From: Rhynchopus sp. YZ270_cl-10
Taxonomy: Eukaryota
DNA: 64,000 nt
Direction: 5' to 3'
Assembly: GCA_964035575.1 (NCBI GenBank)
Contig: OZ037834.1
Location: 868,001 to 932,000, forward strand
The notes beneath the pieces were generated by a model. That model had not been told where the DNA came from. It saw only the letters and a program-made list of their open reading frames with translations, and did no database searches. Below are positions 21,691-34,971 of the stretch, piece after piece. Both the position numbers and the translations under genes were made by a program. Numbering within the stretch: position 1 is the stretch's first letter; each line of letters opens with the position of its first letter.

Positions 21691-24452
21691 GAGAAAAGTT
21701 CGATTTCGGCCTCGAAAATACCCGTGACACCGATTTGTCACGGTACTTTGTCACGGAATTTTTTTGAAAGATTCGATTTCGTGACAAAAAAAAATCGATT
21801 TCGTGACAAGCCGATTTTTTCATTGACACACAAAATTCAATTTAGTGACAAATGACTTTTTTCATTGACAAAAAAAAATTCGATTTCGTGACAAATCCAT
21901 TTTTTTCTCATATGAAAAAAAGTACTCTGAGAGATTCGTTAAGGATTCGTATGACATAATATTAACTTTTTGTCAGCGGTGTGGCAAAAAGTGAAATTGT
22001 GTTTTTAGCCTAAAAATGGGTGGGGGAGATGTAAAAAGTACTTTTATTTTTACTTTTTGTCACACTTGATCTGCCTTTGTTTTTGGTGGGATTTTGGCTT
22101 GGTGTGGCAAAATGTTGTGGTCTTCATGCCCAGGTCATATCCTGCTACATATTTCTCGGCATTGTGTTGGGAGTTGTGTTCAATATAATTTATGCCTTAC
22201 GAATACTTATCGATCTCTCAGAGTACTTTTTTTTATATAGAGAAAAAATTATATATTGAGTAAAAAGCGGACGTGTCACACTCGTGTGGTTCTCACAAAT
22301 CAGTTGGTTTTTTGTATCACTCGCTTCGCTCGTGATACAAAATTCTATGTCACACTCGCTTCGCTCGTGAGACAACATAAATTACGTCACTCGCTTCGCT
22401 CGTGACGTAAAAGAACCAACTGATTTGTGAGAACCACACTCGTGTGACAAAAAGTCCACTTTTTTTCACCTCAATAAATAGCTATTTCATTGACAAAAAA
22501 ATGTCATTGAAAAAAATGGAATTTGTCAAGGAAAAAGTCGTGACAGCCAACCCGCCAGTCACTGAAAAGTGACCAGACAGCCACTTGACAAACACAAAAG
22601 AGGCCATTCTTGAGCTGTCTAGAAACCGAAGGGCAGAGACTGAAGACACAAGGTATGATAACTTTATGATTATGCAAGACTTAGTATATCGCGAACACGG
22701 TCAGGCTTGCACGCCTCTGGCCAGAGGCCAGCCCCACTAAATGATATGCAGCAGACACTCATTGCAGATTTCATTTTCATTCGGTAAAAAATTAATGGGT
22801 GCGCACGTTTCTATACCTAATACCCCAACCCTCACCCATACATTCCATTACACACACCAAAACAGATCGAATCCACCAGCGCATGCGACGGAAGCAGATT
22901 CAGATTGTGGTTTGATAAGCAGAGTTCGGTTATTATGGTGGTGGAAAGGGGGGTGGGAACACTTTGTCAGTCACTGCTATAGCCATTAACCAGGGAGCAT
23001 AGCTAGTGCAAGAAATTCGACTTTGGAAACCTTCCGGAAAGTCTGTCCTCTGCTTCCGGAGGACTAGACACAAGAAAATATTGTTTGTTCCCCCAGAAAA
23101 CCAGTGCACAATTCACACTCCTTGTGGGTGGTCTTGTTGCCTTTTCGTCATAGTAATTTTGGCCCAGGCATGTTCTTGAAGCATGACAATTTAGTGTGTA
23201 TGGGGCAGGGTGTTGTTTTGTTCTGAATTCTCTTTGTTATAACATCTAAGTCAATCGCGGGTGGTGGTTTGTGTAGCGTGAGGCACTCTTTTTAACAAAC
23301 TTCCTGCAGTTGCTATGCACTGTTATTTCTTCGGATTTATCATCATACAGCGTAACATAGTGGATTCGCCTGGTCGACACAACCTTTGATAGATATGGGA
23401 TAACCAACCCCCTTCGACCCCTCGTGGGTTCACTGAACAAGCCCTAGTGGTAGTTAAACGCGATTGACATTTACATTCCTAGAGATGAAAGAACAAGATA
23501 ACACTTCTGTACCCGCGCATCAAAATTGTGGAAAACTTTGCACCCCAAACACCCTCAACAACGCCCGCCAAAAGGCGCCCCTTGTTGCTGGGAGTTGGTT
23601 CTCATGTTTGATACACTGCACAGCAGGCATTCCTCCTGAGTCCAACGCATGTTTGGCCTGTCTGCGGCGTTGTACTTAAGGTGCACGAAGACAGGGTCTG
23701 GTGGTAAATTTTGCGTAGTACTGCGACGTGGTACTACGTGGGTCTGGGAACCTGGTACCTGGGTACAGGATATTTGTTGTAAAGACATCTTCCACCATGC
23801 ATTGAGGAGGGTAAGACAGTGTTCGCAGTTTCTACCTGATAGCATTACACATTTAACTTCTCCACGGGGGTCTTGGGCCGTTCATTCGGTTATACCTTGA
23901 CTACCGGAAGATATTCTTGAGGCCTTTTTGGTCTCTAGAATATCCGGTCTTCCCGAACGGAGGCACACTTTGTGTGTTACTACGACCTGGCAATTTCCAG
24001 CAGTAGGTTAAGTAATCTTTCTTGTAAATTGTTGGATCATTATCTCCTCAGTGCATGCATGCCCCACGTGACTGGACACTTTTGTGTTTGTCATGTGGAG
24101 CTGTGGTTGCTCTTTCACGACTTTTATCCTTGTGTCCAGTGTACCCAGTACCCAGTGCCCTGTCACGACTTTTTCCTTGACAAAAAGTTCGGTTTCCTTG
24201 ACAAAATCCATTTTTTCATTGACATTTTTTTGTCACTGAATTTTTGGATTTGTCACGAAATCGAATTTTTTTTGTCAATGAAAAAATTGGTTTGTCACGA
24301 AATCGAATTTTGTGTGTCAATGAAAAAATTGGTTTGTCACGAAATCGATTTTTTTTTGTCACGAAATCGAATCTTTCAAAAAAATTCCGTGACAAAGTAC
24401 CGTGACAAATCGGTGTCACGGTAATTTTCGAGGCCGAAATCGAACTTTTCTC
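21691..24452. mobile_element. Non-autonomous Mutator-like element: ~210-bp TIRs and 9-bp TSD
   Basis: TIRs GAGAAAAGTTCGATTTCGGCCTCGAAAA contain TTCGTGACAAA repeats; TSD ATATTTAAA at 21682-21690 and 24453-24461. No transposase ORF. Confidence 0.85.
22254..22476. mobile_element. MITE-like foldback element with three internal CACTCGCTTCGCTCGTG hairpins
   Basis: Outer arms TGTCACACTCGTGTGGTTCTCACAAATCAGTTGGTT and their complement enclose three stems. Confidence 0.75.
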
Positions 24453-24534
24453 ATATTTAAACTTTTGTGAGTATTTTTTATTTTTAGTTTATTGTGGAGG
24501 TACCCTAACTGTTCGGTCCAATTCGGTGTAATTC

Positions 24535-27500
24535 CACGGATGCTGCCAGATCTGGCCAGATCTCCAGATCTGGGCCGCCCAGATCTGGCCAGATCTGGAA
24601 AAATTTTTTTTTTTTTTTGAAAAAAAAATTTTCCCAGACGTCCCAGATCTGGCCAGATCTGGCCAGATCTGGCCAAATCTGGGAGATCTGGGACGTCTGG
24701 GAAAATTTTTTTTTCCAGGTACCCCAATGACATAACGAAGTATCGCTTGAAGTACCGTTCAATATACGTTGCTCGTGTGTGCAAGTTACGAAGTAGGACA
24801 CACAAGGTATATCAAACGATAAATCAATCAGATAAACGTTACATCATCGGAAAATTGTTGGCACCGCCGCCCTGTCTTCGTATTTATTACGTCGACAGGC
24901 CAAACAGCGTTGGGCTCAGAAGAAGCAGTGCAAAACACTGGGGATCAACATGAGAACCAACTCCCAACAACACAGGCTACCGAAGTAGCAGGTGGGGTGT
25001 TGCGGGTGTTTGGGGTGAAAGAAAATCGATTTTGGTAAGTTCCAGCAGAAAATTCTTAAGTTTGCACAATTGAGAAGGGTGTTACCACTGCCTAATATTA
25101 TTCGTACATGTGAACCGGTAAGGTCGAGAAGGGTGGACACGGCATACAAGTACAAGTACAAGTAAGACGTACCTTCTACAAAGGCTGAATTCGCAATTCT
25201 TAAGGGATTGAATTCAGCCCCCACGTGGTGTTTTTGAGAAAATCATTCCATGGTATACAGCTAATGGTTCCCGAAGAATGATTCGCCCCTCCTCGTTCAT
25301 GCAAACTTAAGAAAATTCTGAAGTAACTACAACCTGGCGTGCGGGTACAGATGCATTGCTTTGTTCTTTCCTCAAAGTCATGTGTGATCTCTCGGGTCTG
25401 TACTAAAGTCAGTGTTTAGATAAGCATCCACTTGACTCGTTCTAACAACCGTTGAAATCTAGAACAAAACAATACACTGCCCCTTCTCACACCAAGCCGC
25501 CATGCTTCAAGAGCATGCCCTGGGCAAAAATTACTCTGACAAAAATTGGTTTTCTGGGGGAACGCAATATTTTCTTGTGCCTAGTCCTCCGCAAGCAGAG
25601 GACAGACTTTCCGGATCCCGAAGTCGAATTTCTTGCACTAGCTATGCTCCCTGGATTAAATGGCTATAGCAGTGACTGACTAAGAGTTTCATAATAATTA
25701 GGGTGGTCTATGGGGTGGGTTAATGGAAAAGTTGGTATATAAACCCGACTTTTACGATCGCCACCTGGTTTTCAAATAATTGCACCAGCTCTTCCATCGG
25801 CACTGCTTCGCTGTCACGATGAAGGGTCGTCGGTTCGGGTACCTGTTAAGAGAAATTGAATGTAAAAGTAGAGACTACAACAAAAAAACAAACAAACAAA
25901 CAAGAAGCCGCCCCGTACCCCTTAAACGTAAAAGTGACATTTTTGTTGACAAAAAAAAAAATAGCTAAAAAATAGCGGACATGTCGAAAAGGGAGAAAAC
26001 CGGGGGGTTAAAAACATACCTTGCACTCGGCCCACTCTCCAGGTACAAAGAACATCACTGCACGACAAACCCACTACTACGATAGAAAATAACTATTTTT
26101 TACCGAACAGAAAGGTCGTTTTATTGATGAGTGTTTTCTGAGTGCACACTCAGTGGGGACAAAATGCAACACTTACCGAAAAAATTCTCCAATCGGACAA
26201 AAACCTTTCTAAACACCCAAAAAAAACACCTCAGTCCACATCCGCTGGGGTCGCGAGATGGAAATATATGGTTTTACAGCTTTTGGGGGGTCTAGCGTGG
26301 GTCCCAGATGCATTTTGCAACGGGTCTGTGTGTGTGTGTGTGTGTGCCTCAACCGCTTCACAGTACCCTTTTTTGTAACTGAAAACGACGCATCCTGTAC
26401 CTAAGTGCACTGAAGCCTTGCTTGCGTCCTCCTTCGTGGTTTTGGGCGTTCGCATGCGAGAATCATTATCGCATTCGCACATGTAATTCTCGCATCACGG
26501 AGAGGATTTTAGCGTTACGTGACCACAAAAAAAGTGCACAAAATTAGTTTGGTCAAAAATCACCTTGCACTTGTGAAGGCATTGCTAAGGAAATGTGAAA
26601 TATGCGTGTTTTGGTACACAAAAGTGCGTTTTGGGTGGTTCTGAAGGGTCAAAACACCAAAAAAATGCGTTTTTTTGCATTTTTGGTCACCCAAGGACCC
26701 ACTATTTTGGTTGATATTTTTTTTTTCCCTTTGCGAAAAAGTACCCAAAAAGCACGGCTATAAAAACGCTAAGGAAAAATCGATATTCATTTTTTGGGCA
26801 GAGAAGTGCGTTTTAGGCGCCCACAGATGGTCAAAACATCAAAATTTTTGTGTTTTTGGCATCTTTGGACACCCAAGGACCCACTATCAGGGGTGAATTT
26901 TTTTTGCCTGAGATTTGCCTTTGCCAAAAATCGAAAAAAAAAATTATGAAGGAAATTGCTAAGAAAAAGTCGAAATTGTGGGCCCCTGTAGTGCATATGG
27001 CGGTACCCAGATCGTCAAAACACCCGACTCTTGCGTTTTTTTGCACTTTTTGGTGCACAAAAACCCTACTCAGGGGTCAAAATTTTCCCGGGAAAAAAAA
27101 ATTTTTTTTCGAGATTTTTCAAAAATCGACTTGTCTTTGGTAAAAACCACGAAATTTCGGGTGCGCGAAACCACGTTTTAGACCCCCACAGATGCTCAAA
27201 AGTGTCAAATTTTGCTTTTAACGGCCTCAAATCGTCGAAATTAGCCCTATATAGGGGCGAAAAAAAAAAATTCGAGAGTCCCTTTCCCTGGGAGACAATA
27301 GCCAGAAATCTGAGAAAAAAAAAAAAATGGCCAGATTTCCAGATCTGGCCAGATCTGGCCAGATCTGGCCAGATCTGGCCAGATCTGGGGTTTTTTTTTT
27401 TTTTTTGAAAAAAAAAATTTCCCAGATTCCCAGATCTGGCCAGATCTGGCCAGATCTGGCCAGATCTGGGGTTTTTTTTTTTTTTTTGAAAAAAAAAATT

Positions 27501-27621
27501 TCCCAGATTCCCAGATCTGGCCAGATCTGGCCAGATCTGGAAACAAGATCTCCACATCTGGAAAACGAGCCAGATCTGGGAAATTGGCCCCCAAATCTGG
27601 CCAGATCTGGCAGCATCCGTG
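24535..27621 (+). mobile_element. Non-autonomous DNA transposon: CACGG...CCGTG termini, (CAGATCTGGC)n subterminal arrays, 6-bp TSD
   Basis: TIRs CACGGATGCTGCCAGATCTGGCCAGAT; TAATTC at 24529-24534 and 27622-27627. It sits inside a smaller AGGTACCCTAAC...GTTAGGGTACCT element (~24498-27734). Confidence 0.8.
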
Positions 27622-28359
27622 TAATTCGGTCCATTTCGTTTTTTTTTTTTTCGCAAAGGGAAATTTCCCCTTGTACCAGAAAAACCGAAAAAAACGAAAT
27701 GAAAACCGAAAAAAACCGAAATGTTAGGGTACCTTTTTTGGTCGATTTCGTTTTTTTTCCAAAGGGGGGACCCTTTGGTCGCCGAAATTCCCCAGCCAAA
27801 TTTGGTCGCAAAATCGGCCGATTTTTCAAAAATCTCAAAAAAAAAAAAAATTTTTTTTTTTTTCACAAGTGTTTTTGAGGCCTGCTCACTACACCCTAGG
27901 CACCCTTCTGAGACCAAAAAGTCAAAAAAAGCAAGAATTAGGCTGTTTTGAGCATCTAGAGTTTATTCCCCAGCCATTTTCTGTACCACCAGTGCACTTT
28001 GTATGGGCCAGCGCCTTGTCGAAAATCGAAAAATCTCAAAAAAAAAAAATTTTTTTTTCGGGAAAATTTCGACCACTGAGGTGGGTCTTTGGGCACCAAA
28101 AAATGACGTCGTTAACAGCTTTGAGCCAAGGAGGTTCATCGTGTCGTCAGCCACGCCCCTAAACCAACAAAAGACTACAAACAAAAACAAACTTACAAGA
28201 GGCCGCCCCGTACCCCCTCCAGGCAAATAAAAAAGTAAAAGAATGCCCTTCCTCAGTCCGGAAGTATCACCTCAACCGGTCACCTGCCGTAAAAGAGAGA
28301 GAGGTTACAGAAAAAGAAAAAAAAAAAAGAAAAATGCAAAAAAACGCAAAAAAAAAATT

Positions 28360-28404
<45 letters not shown>

Positions 28405-28498
28405 CAAAAAAAATGCAAAAATCGGGTGTTTTGACCATCTGTGGTTACACAAAACACACTTCTGTGTACAAGCCTACACCAATACAGTGGTAATACAA

Positions 28499-31299
28499 CA
28501 CGGTGGCCCATTCCTACCCTTAGGGTAGGGTCCGCGGGGGGTACCCCATGGGGTACCCCCCAGACTACCCCATGGGGTACCCCCCAAATCTGAGGGGTAC
28601 CCCATGGGGTACCCCCCAGACTACCCCCGGGGGGTACCCCCGGTACAGGTACACAGGTACACAGGTACACAGGTACACAGGTACACAGGTACACAGGTAC
28701 ACAGGTACACAGGTACACAGGTACACAGGTACACAGGTACACAGGTACACAGGTACAGCCAGAGTGCCAGAGTCAAGGGTCCGCGCGGGGTCCGCCCCCC
28801 AATGACATAACGAAGTATCGCTTGAAAATACCGTTCAATATATGTTGCTTGGTGTGCATGAAGAAGGACACACAAGGTATATCAAACGATAAATCAATCA
28901 GATAAACGTTACATCATCGGAAAATTGTTGGCACCGCCCCCCTGTCTTCGTATTTATTACCCCGTCGACAGGCCAAACAGCGTTGGGCTCAGAAGAAGCA
29001 GTGCAAGACAGTCACTGGGGATCAACATGAGAACCAACTCCCAACAACACAGGCTACCGAAGTAGCAGGTGGGGTGTTGCGGGTGTTTGGGGTGAGAAAA
29101 TCGATTTTGGTAAGTTGCAGCAGAACATTCTTAAGTTCGCACTAGTCGAGAGAGGCTTACCCGCTGCAGTGAAGCAGTGCACCCATTTAAGGGTGGAGAA
29201 GCGTGACACGCACATACAAGTATGTACGTTACTTCAACAAAGGCTGAATTCTGGTAATTCTAAGGGATGTGAATTCAGCCACCACGCAGGTAGTGTTTTA
29301 AGGTTCCTCGCTTTGTGCTACACAGCGGACTCATGACACAAAGGAGTTGCCCCCGCTCTCTTTCGCGCAAACTTAAGAAAATTCTGGAGTCACTACAACC
29401 TGGCGTGCGGGTACAGATGCATTGCTTTGTTCTTTCCTCAAAGTCATGTGTGATCTCTCGGGTCTGTACTAAAGTCAGTGTTTAGATAAGCATCCACTTG
29501 ACTCGTTCTAACAACCGTTGAAATCTAGAACAAAACAATACACTGCCCCTTCTCACACCAAGCCGCCATGCTTCAAGAGCATGCCCTGGGCAAAAATTAC
29601 TGTGACAAAAATTGGTTTTCTGGGGGAACGCGATATTTTCTTGTGCCTACTGTAGTCCTCCGCAAGAGCAGAGGACAGACTTTCCGGATCCCGAAGTCGA
29701 ATTTTTTGCACTAGCTATGCTCCCTGGGTTAAATGGCTATAGCAGTGACTGACTAAGAGTTTCATAATAATTGGGGCGGTCTATGGGGTGGGTTAATGGA
29801 AAAATTGGTTTAAAAACCCAACTTTTGCGGTCCCCACCCGGTTTGCAATAATTGCACCAGCTCTTCCATCGGCACTGTTTCGCTGTCACGATGAAGGGTC
29901 GTCGGTTCGGGTACCTGTTGAGAGAAATTGAGTGCAAAAGTAGAGACTGCAACAAAAAAAATCAAACAAACAAACAAGAAGCCGCTCCGTACCTCTTCCA
30001 TGCAAAAAAGAAAGTAAAAGACTGCCCTTCCTCAGTCCGGAAGTAGCACCTCATCCGGTTCCCTGACGTAAAAGAGTTGTAGAGGTTACGAGATGCCATG
30101 ATAAAAAAGTAAAAGTGACAATTTTGACAATAAAAATATGCTTCGATTTACATCCGAGCGGGACAAAGGCGAAAAGGGGGAGCGGGGGGGTGTAAAAACC
30201 GGGGCTTAAAAACATACCTTGCAGCACTCGCTCGGCCTACTCTCCAGGTACGAGAACATCACTGCACGAACAATCCCACTGATACTGATACCTGCATTCT
30301 ATTTGTTGCCACATGGTAAAAATGACCAAAACTTCGACCAATTTTTTTTTTCTTCACAATTTGCTCATTGAGGCTTTGTATTTTTTGGGCCATTTATGAC
30401 CCACCACGCCCGATTTTGGGCGAGAAGAAAAAAAAATTTGGGTCAAAAATCGACGCGTCTTTGGTAAAATCACGACTTTTCGGGCGCGAAACCACGTTTT
30501 AGACCCCCACAGATGCTCAAAAGTGCCAAATTTTGCTTTTAATGGCCTCAAAGGATCACGGGAGCACCCCTCGTAATTACGAGGGCTCCCCACGCCGTGA
30601 CGTCGTCATTGCGCGCGTAATTTCCCACGTATGCGGGCGTGGTTGGTCATAAAATGGCCCAAAAACCCCAAACAAAACCTCAGATTGACCAAATCGAGGA
30701 AAAATTGTCAAGTCGAAATTTCAGCCAAAATACGGTCATTTTGGTTATACCCCGCGGTGTATGCAGTAGCTAGAACACGTACACAGCTAAGTTCCTAAGC
30801 GATTTCCTTCACATTTTTCATGAAAAATTGGTCAAAAATCGACTTGTCTTTGGTAAAAAAACCACGAAAAATCGGCTGCGCAAAACCACGTTTTAGACCC
30901 CCACAGATGCTCAAAAGTGCCAATTTTTGCTTTTAATGGCCTCAAATCGTCGAAATTAGGCCTATATAGGGCAAAAAAAAATTTTTGAGAGTCCCTTTCC
31001 CTGGGAGGCAATAGCCACCGGGTGTGCAGGGGGTACCCCGGGGGGTACCCCCCAGGGTCCGCGGGGGTACCCCATGGGGTACCCCCGCGGACCCTGGGGG
31101 GTACCCCTCGGGGTACCCCAAACCCCCCAAAGGGTACCCCGCGCGGACCCTACCCAACCCTGTGGGGTACCCCCTGGGGTAGCCCACGCGAGGGGGTACC
31201 CCCCGCGGACCCTACCCTGTGTGGTACCCTACCCTGCGGGGTACCCCTTTTGGGGGTACCCCCGGGGGTACCCCCAAAAGGGTCCGCTGGGCCACCGTG
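28499..31299 (+). mobile_element. Related non-autonomous DNA transposon: CACGGTGGCCCA termini, (GGGGTACCCC)n and (ACAGGTAC)n arrays
   Basis: 12-bp TIRs; internal ~28797-30300 is a direct homolog of ~24722-26100. No matching TSD seen. Confidence 0.7.
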
Positions 31300-32666
31300 A
31301 AGGCGATTTTTGACCAAAAAAAAAATTTTTTTTTCGCCCAAAATCGGGCGTGGTACGTCATAAAATGGCCCAAAAAATCCAAGGAAAACCTTCGATTGGG
31401 CAAATTATGAAAAAAATTTTCAAGTCAAATTTTCAACCAAAATACGGTCATTTTGTTCACACAGTGATTCTACGTCATGCTAGCTTCCTGTGCAGAACTC
31501 CAGCAATTCACCAATGCCGGCATATATCTTTCCATTATCGCCATTGCACTTCGTTCACGCCATTGCACTTCGGTCATTTTGTGCATACCCTGTGACTGTG
31601 GTGGCTAGAGAACACGCACATGCAGACCCGTTCCTTGCAATTTCCAGTGTTGTGTTTATCAATGCATGCATCCAGAGGACCTCTGGTTTACGAAATCGTA
31701 GGCACTCCTGTGCAAAAATGAAGTCGGTTTTTGACCCAAAATCGGGGTGGGTGGGCCATAATTTGCTCCAAATTTGGCCGAAAATCGGGATTTTTCTGAA
31801 AATTTTCATTGTGCCCAGCAAAAATCCTTGATTTTTTGAAGAATTTTCCAAAAAATATGCTATACCCCCTATGACTGGACCCAACTCCCCTCACCCTTTT
31901 TTTCCCCGAAAAAAGCCCCCAAAATTCCTACCATTTTTACCATTTTTACCATTTTTGACCAATTTAGGGTACCTCCTGTGTGGTGTATACTGAGTGTTAC
32001 ACAGTACGGTGGCTGTGTAGGTATTTGTTTGGATTGGTAGCATTATTGCACGGAATACTTTAGGAAAGAGGTTAATACAAGATCGGCTGAGCCGGTCACT
32101 GCTCTGGGTGCCCATGTGTTTTGGCCAATTCTTGACGAGGATGGGGGTGCAGGGTAAATTGGGTACTTCTTGGGTCCTTCTAGGGTATACACCCTAGCCC
32201 TATACAGCCACACCAATTTTTTGTTTTGTTTTTTTTGGGGACGTGACACTTGCGACATATAGTGTGATCTGGGTGAGGAAGCGTTCCAACTTTTTCAATA
32301 TCTCCCGCGATTTTTCCCACCCCCGTTTTTAAAATCAACAGAGTTACTTGTGTACGTTGAGATTTTTAATCTGTATTTTGTACTTATTACAACGACAACA
32401 CGACTAAGTACGACCTACCTCTGTACCGTCTGCAGTACAGAGGCTTCGGATGACATTGAGTATTGGAAAGTGATTGCTGAGACAAAAGGGAAAAAAAAAC
32501 TCAGATACCCAAGTTTTAGAGAAGCACGAATAGATGATAACTATGATGATAAGGAAATACGCACATAAAGAAGAACTAATGGGCGGTTGTTTCTCTCTGG
32601 AAGCTGTTGTGTGAGTTGTCGAGAAAGTTGGCCAACTTGTTGAAGCGAAGATGTACCTGCAACAGT

Positions 32667-32715
32667 TGAAGTGAAGTGAAGTGAAGTGAAGTGAAGTGAA
32701 GTGAAGTGAAGTGAA
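32667..32715 (+). repeat. (TGAAG)n microsatellite
   Basis: About 10 tandem units. Confidence 0.9.
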
Positions 32716-34095
32716 ACTGCTGTTGGAAGTACATTATGAGAAGCAAAAATATGTACACTAATGAACCCCCGTAAGTTTCTTTTCTCTTGTTTCCTGTGCC
32801 TGCGTCAGCTGAGTCCTTTGTAGTGACGTTTCTTTTTCAGATGAGATGGTAACCTTGAAGATGAGAGCTCCTGGTGCAGACGTCCACAAACACAGGTGTG
32901 GGACACAAAGATCTTATGTATACCATGCAACAAGAAAAAAAAAAAAAAAGTACGTTCATTTCGAGCCTCCACAATGCAGTCGGGCATCACTGTGTGTCCT
33001 CCTCCTCCTCCTCCTCTTTTTCCCCTCTACCTTCAAATATATCCGTCGTTTCGGGGAACACGCTGTCCCTATCTCCATGCTCCCCTCTTCCCTCAACCCT
33101 ACTAATTCGCATTACAGCAGGCCGAGCGTTCCTAGGTTGCGGACATGAAGACTTGATCTTCCCACTGCACTGCCCCCCATGTCCACCTTGTTGAGTGTTG
33201 TTGCCTTCCGCCGCAGTGCGGGCACCGCTTCTTAAGTTCGATGTGAACCCTTTCTTTGGGAGCTGGGGGCGTCATTAGTGTGCGGGATCTCGTCCGGTCG
33301 CCTCAGGGGTTCCAATTCATCATCCATACTGTAAACTGTATGTGGGGGCGATGAGGGTTCAAAACTTGCATCGAACGAAATAAATGTGCCTCTTGACCAG
33401 GCGAGGCAACTTTGCCTCTGCCTCAGCCCCCTGCCGTTCTCCCCTTGGTAGGGAGGGGGGACGATCTTCCCAGCCTTTCTTCGCTGCCCTGACGTACCCC
33501 TGCACCTGCTTCTTGACCCCAATCATGGTACCCGATCACGCTGTGTTTTTTTAGGCAACTTATCACGAACTGATCAGCTGGCTGGAAGAGGTGGGTGAAC
33601 TACCTACCTACGTAGGCAGTGCCAGTGGTGCTGCTGTTGCCGTTAGTGGAGAGGTATCGCTCCACGGCGCTTTCGTCCCCCCGGCAAGAACTTTTGGGTC
33701 CTTCAGCATCTCCTTCGCCTTACTTCAGTTATGTACAACCAAGTCTGCAAGGTTGTAGGGCACTGTAGGTAGGTCACAGCATACGTTACCATCTGGTGCA
33801 TCTTCCGCCATTCACAGTACTCAAGCTGATAGGCCTGTAGTGAGGTGTCCTTACTCTTATCATAAGCACCGTGCCACAGCCTATACGTCTCTGGTGTGCC
33901 TGCAGAACCTGCTGTGTAGGTTTTTTAGTCTGTCACCCAAAGATGTGCAATGCTTGGCTCTGAGGAACCATCCACATTTGCTTTCAAGCACATCATATCA
34001 CAGTACAATGCAGTACAACAACACAGACGCAGGAATTACCCCACACAACTGACATCAAACACAAACACCGACAGATTAAACATAACTCTACACAG

Positions 34096-34971
34096 ATGCT
34101 CTCCGTTCTAGTGGTGACCCTGGTGCTGCACGCTGCCAACGAGACTATCGAACTCGCAGAGAGAGGTGTCGTGGACCGCTTGCTGCCGTACGCGTCGGAG
34201 GACACCGTGTGGTCGGTGCAGTGTGACGGCGTGTTCAGGATACATTATCAGAACTGGTTTGAAGGCGTCTTCATCATCGCACGCAACGGGGAGGAATGGG
34301 ACAGGACCACAGGCGACAACAACAGGCGGTCTAGACCATTCGAGCAGACCATTCCTAGCGTTCAGGGGGACGTCATCACGTTGACGGCACGTGTGTCGTC
34401 GTCTCATCACAACAAAGTGCTGTTCTCGTGGGCCTGCGGCGCTACACCTGCACTGCTTCCAGCAACAATGAACACTGCTGGGGATGTGGTCCACAGGAAC
34501 TACGAGGCTGGGGAGAGTGTGACCTGGGCGCTGCCCTGTGACGGAGAAGTGGACATCAAGTGGACGTACTTCGACACAGAAGAAGGAGAAGACTTCGTCA
34601 GCATCGCAAGCAACGGCACTGCAGTGTTCAACGAGTCTGGCTCCAGCATGCCTGCACCGATCACGTTTCCCTCAAAAGATTGGGCACGCCTCACCTTCAC
34701 CAGCGAAACTGCTCGCGAAGGTGGAGGTTTTGCCTTGCGCTACCACTGCCTGTTGTCCACTCCCGCTTGGACGTCGTCTCCACACGAGGGGACTGATGAC
34801 GGGGTTCCTGTCGGCCTCATTGTGTTAATCGTCGTAGGTTCTGTGTTGGGTCTTGTGGTTGTGGTGGCTGTATGTGCATGCATTGCGTCAAGGTGTCTCG
34901 CAGAACGCAAGAGCTTCGACCAACCCCAAGACCGCGAGCTCGGCACCTCCGGCGTGAGTCCCATTGTGTGA
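34096..34971 (+). CDS. Small CUB-like single-pass membrane protein (intact copy, 291 aa)
   Basis: Signal peptide MLSVLVVTLVLHAA, CUB-like NYEAGESVTWALPC...FDTEEGEDFVSI...FTSE...GGFALRYHC, TM helix and short tail. Confidence 0.85.
   Translation: MLSVLVVTLVLHAANETIELAERGVVDRLLPYASEDTVWSVQCDGVFRIHYQNWFEGVFIIARNGEEWDRTTGDNNRRSRPFEQTIPSVQGDVITLTARVSSSHHNKVLFSWACGATPALLPATMNTAGDVVHRNYEAGESVTWALPCDGEVDIKWTYFDTEEGEDFVSIASNGTAVFNESGSSMPAPITFPSKDWARLTFTSETAREGGGFALRYHCLLSTPAWTSSPHEGTDDGVPVGLIVLIVVGSVLGLVVVVAVCACIASRCLAERKSFDQPQDRELGTSGVSPIV

Noticed and set aside
27066..28875. ORFs with ARSGQIWPDL and VHRYTGTQ repeats
   Set aside because: Translations of the CAGATCTGGC and ACAGGTAC arrays.
33100..33830. 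Minus-strand coding remnant
   Set aside because: Multiple stops and no recognisable domain.
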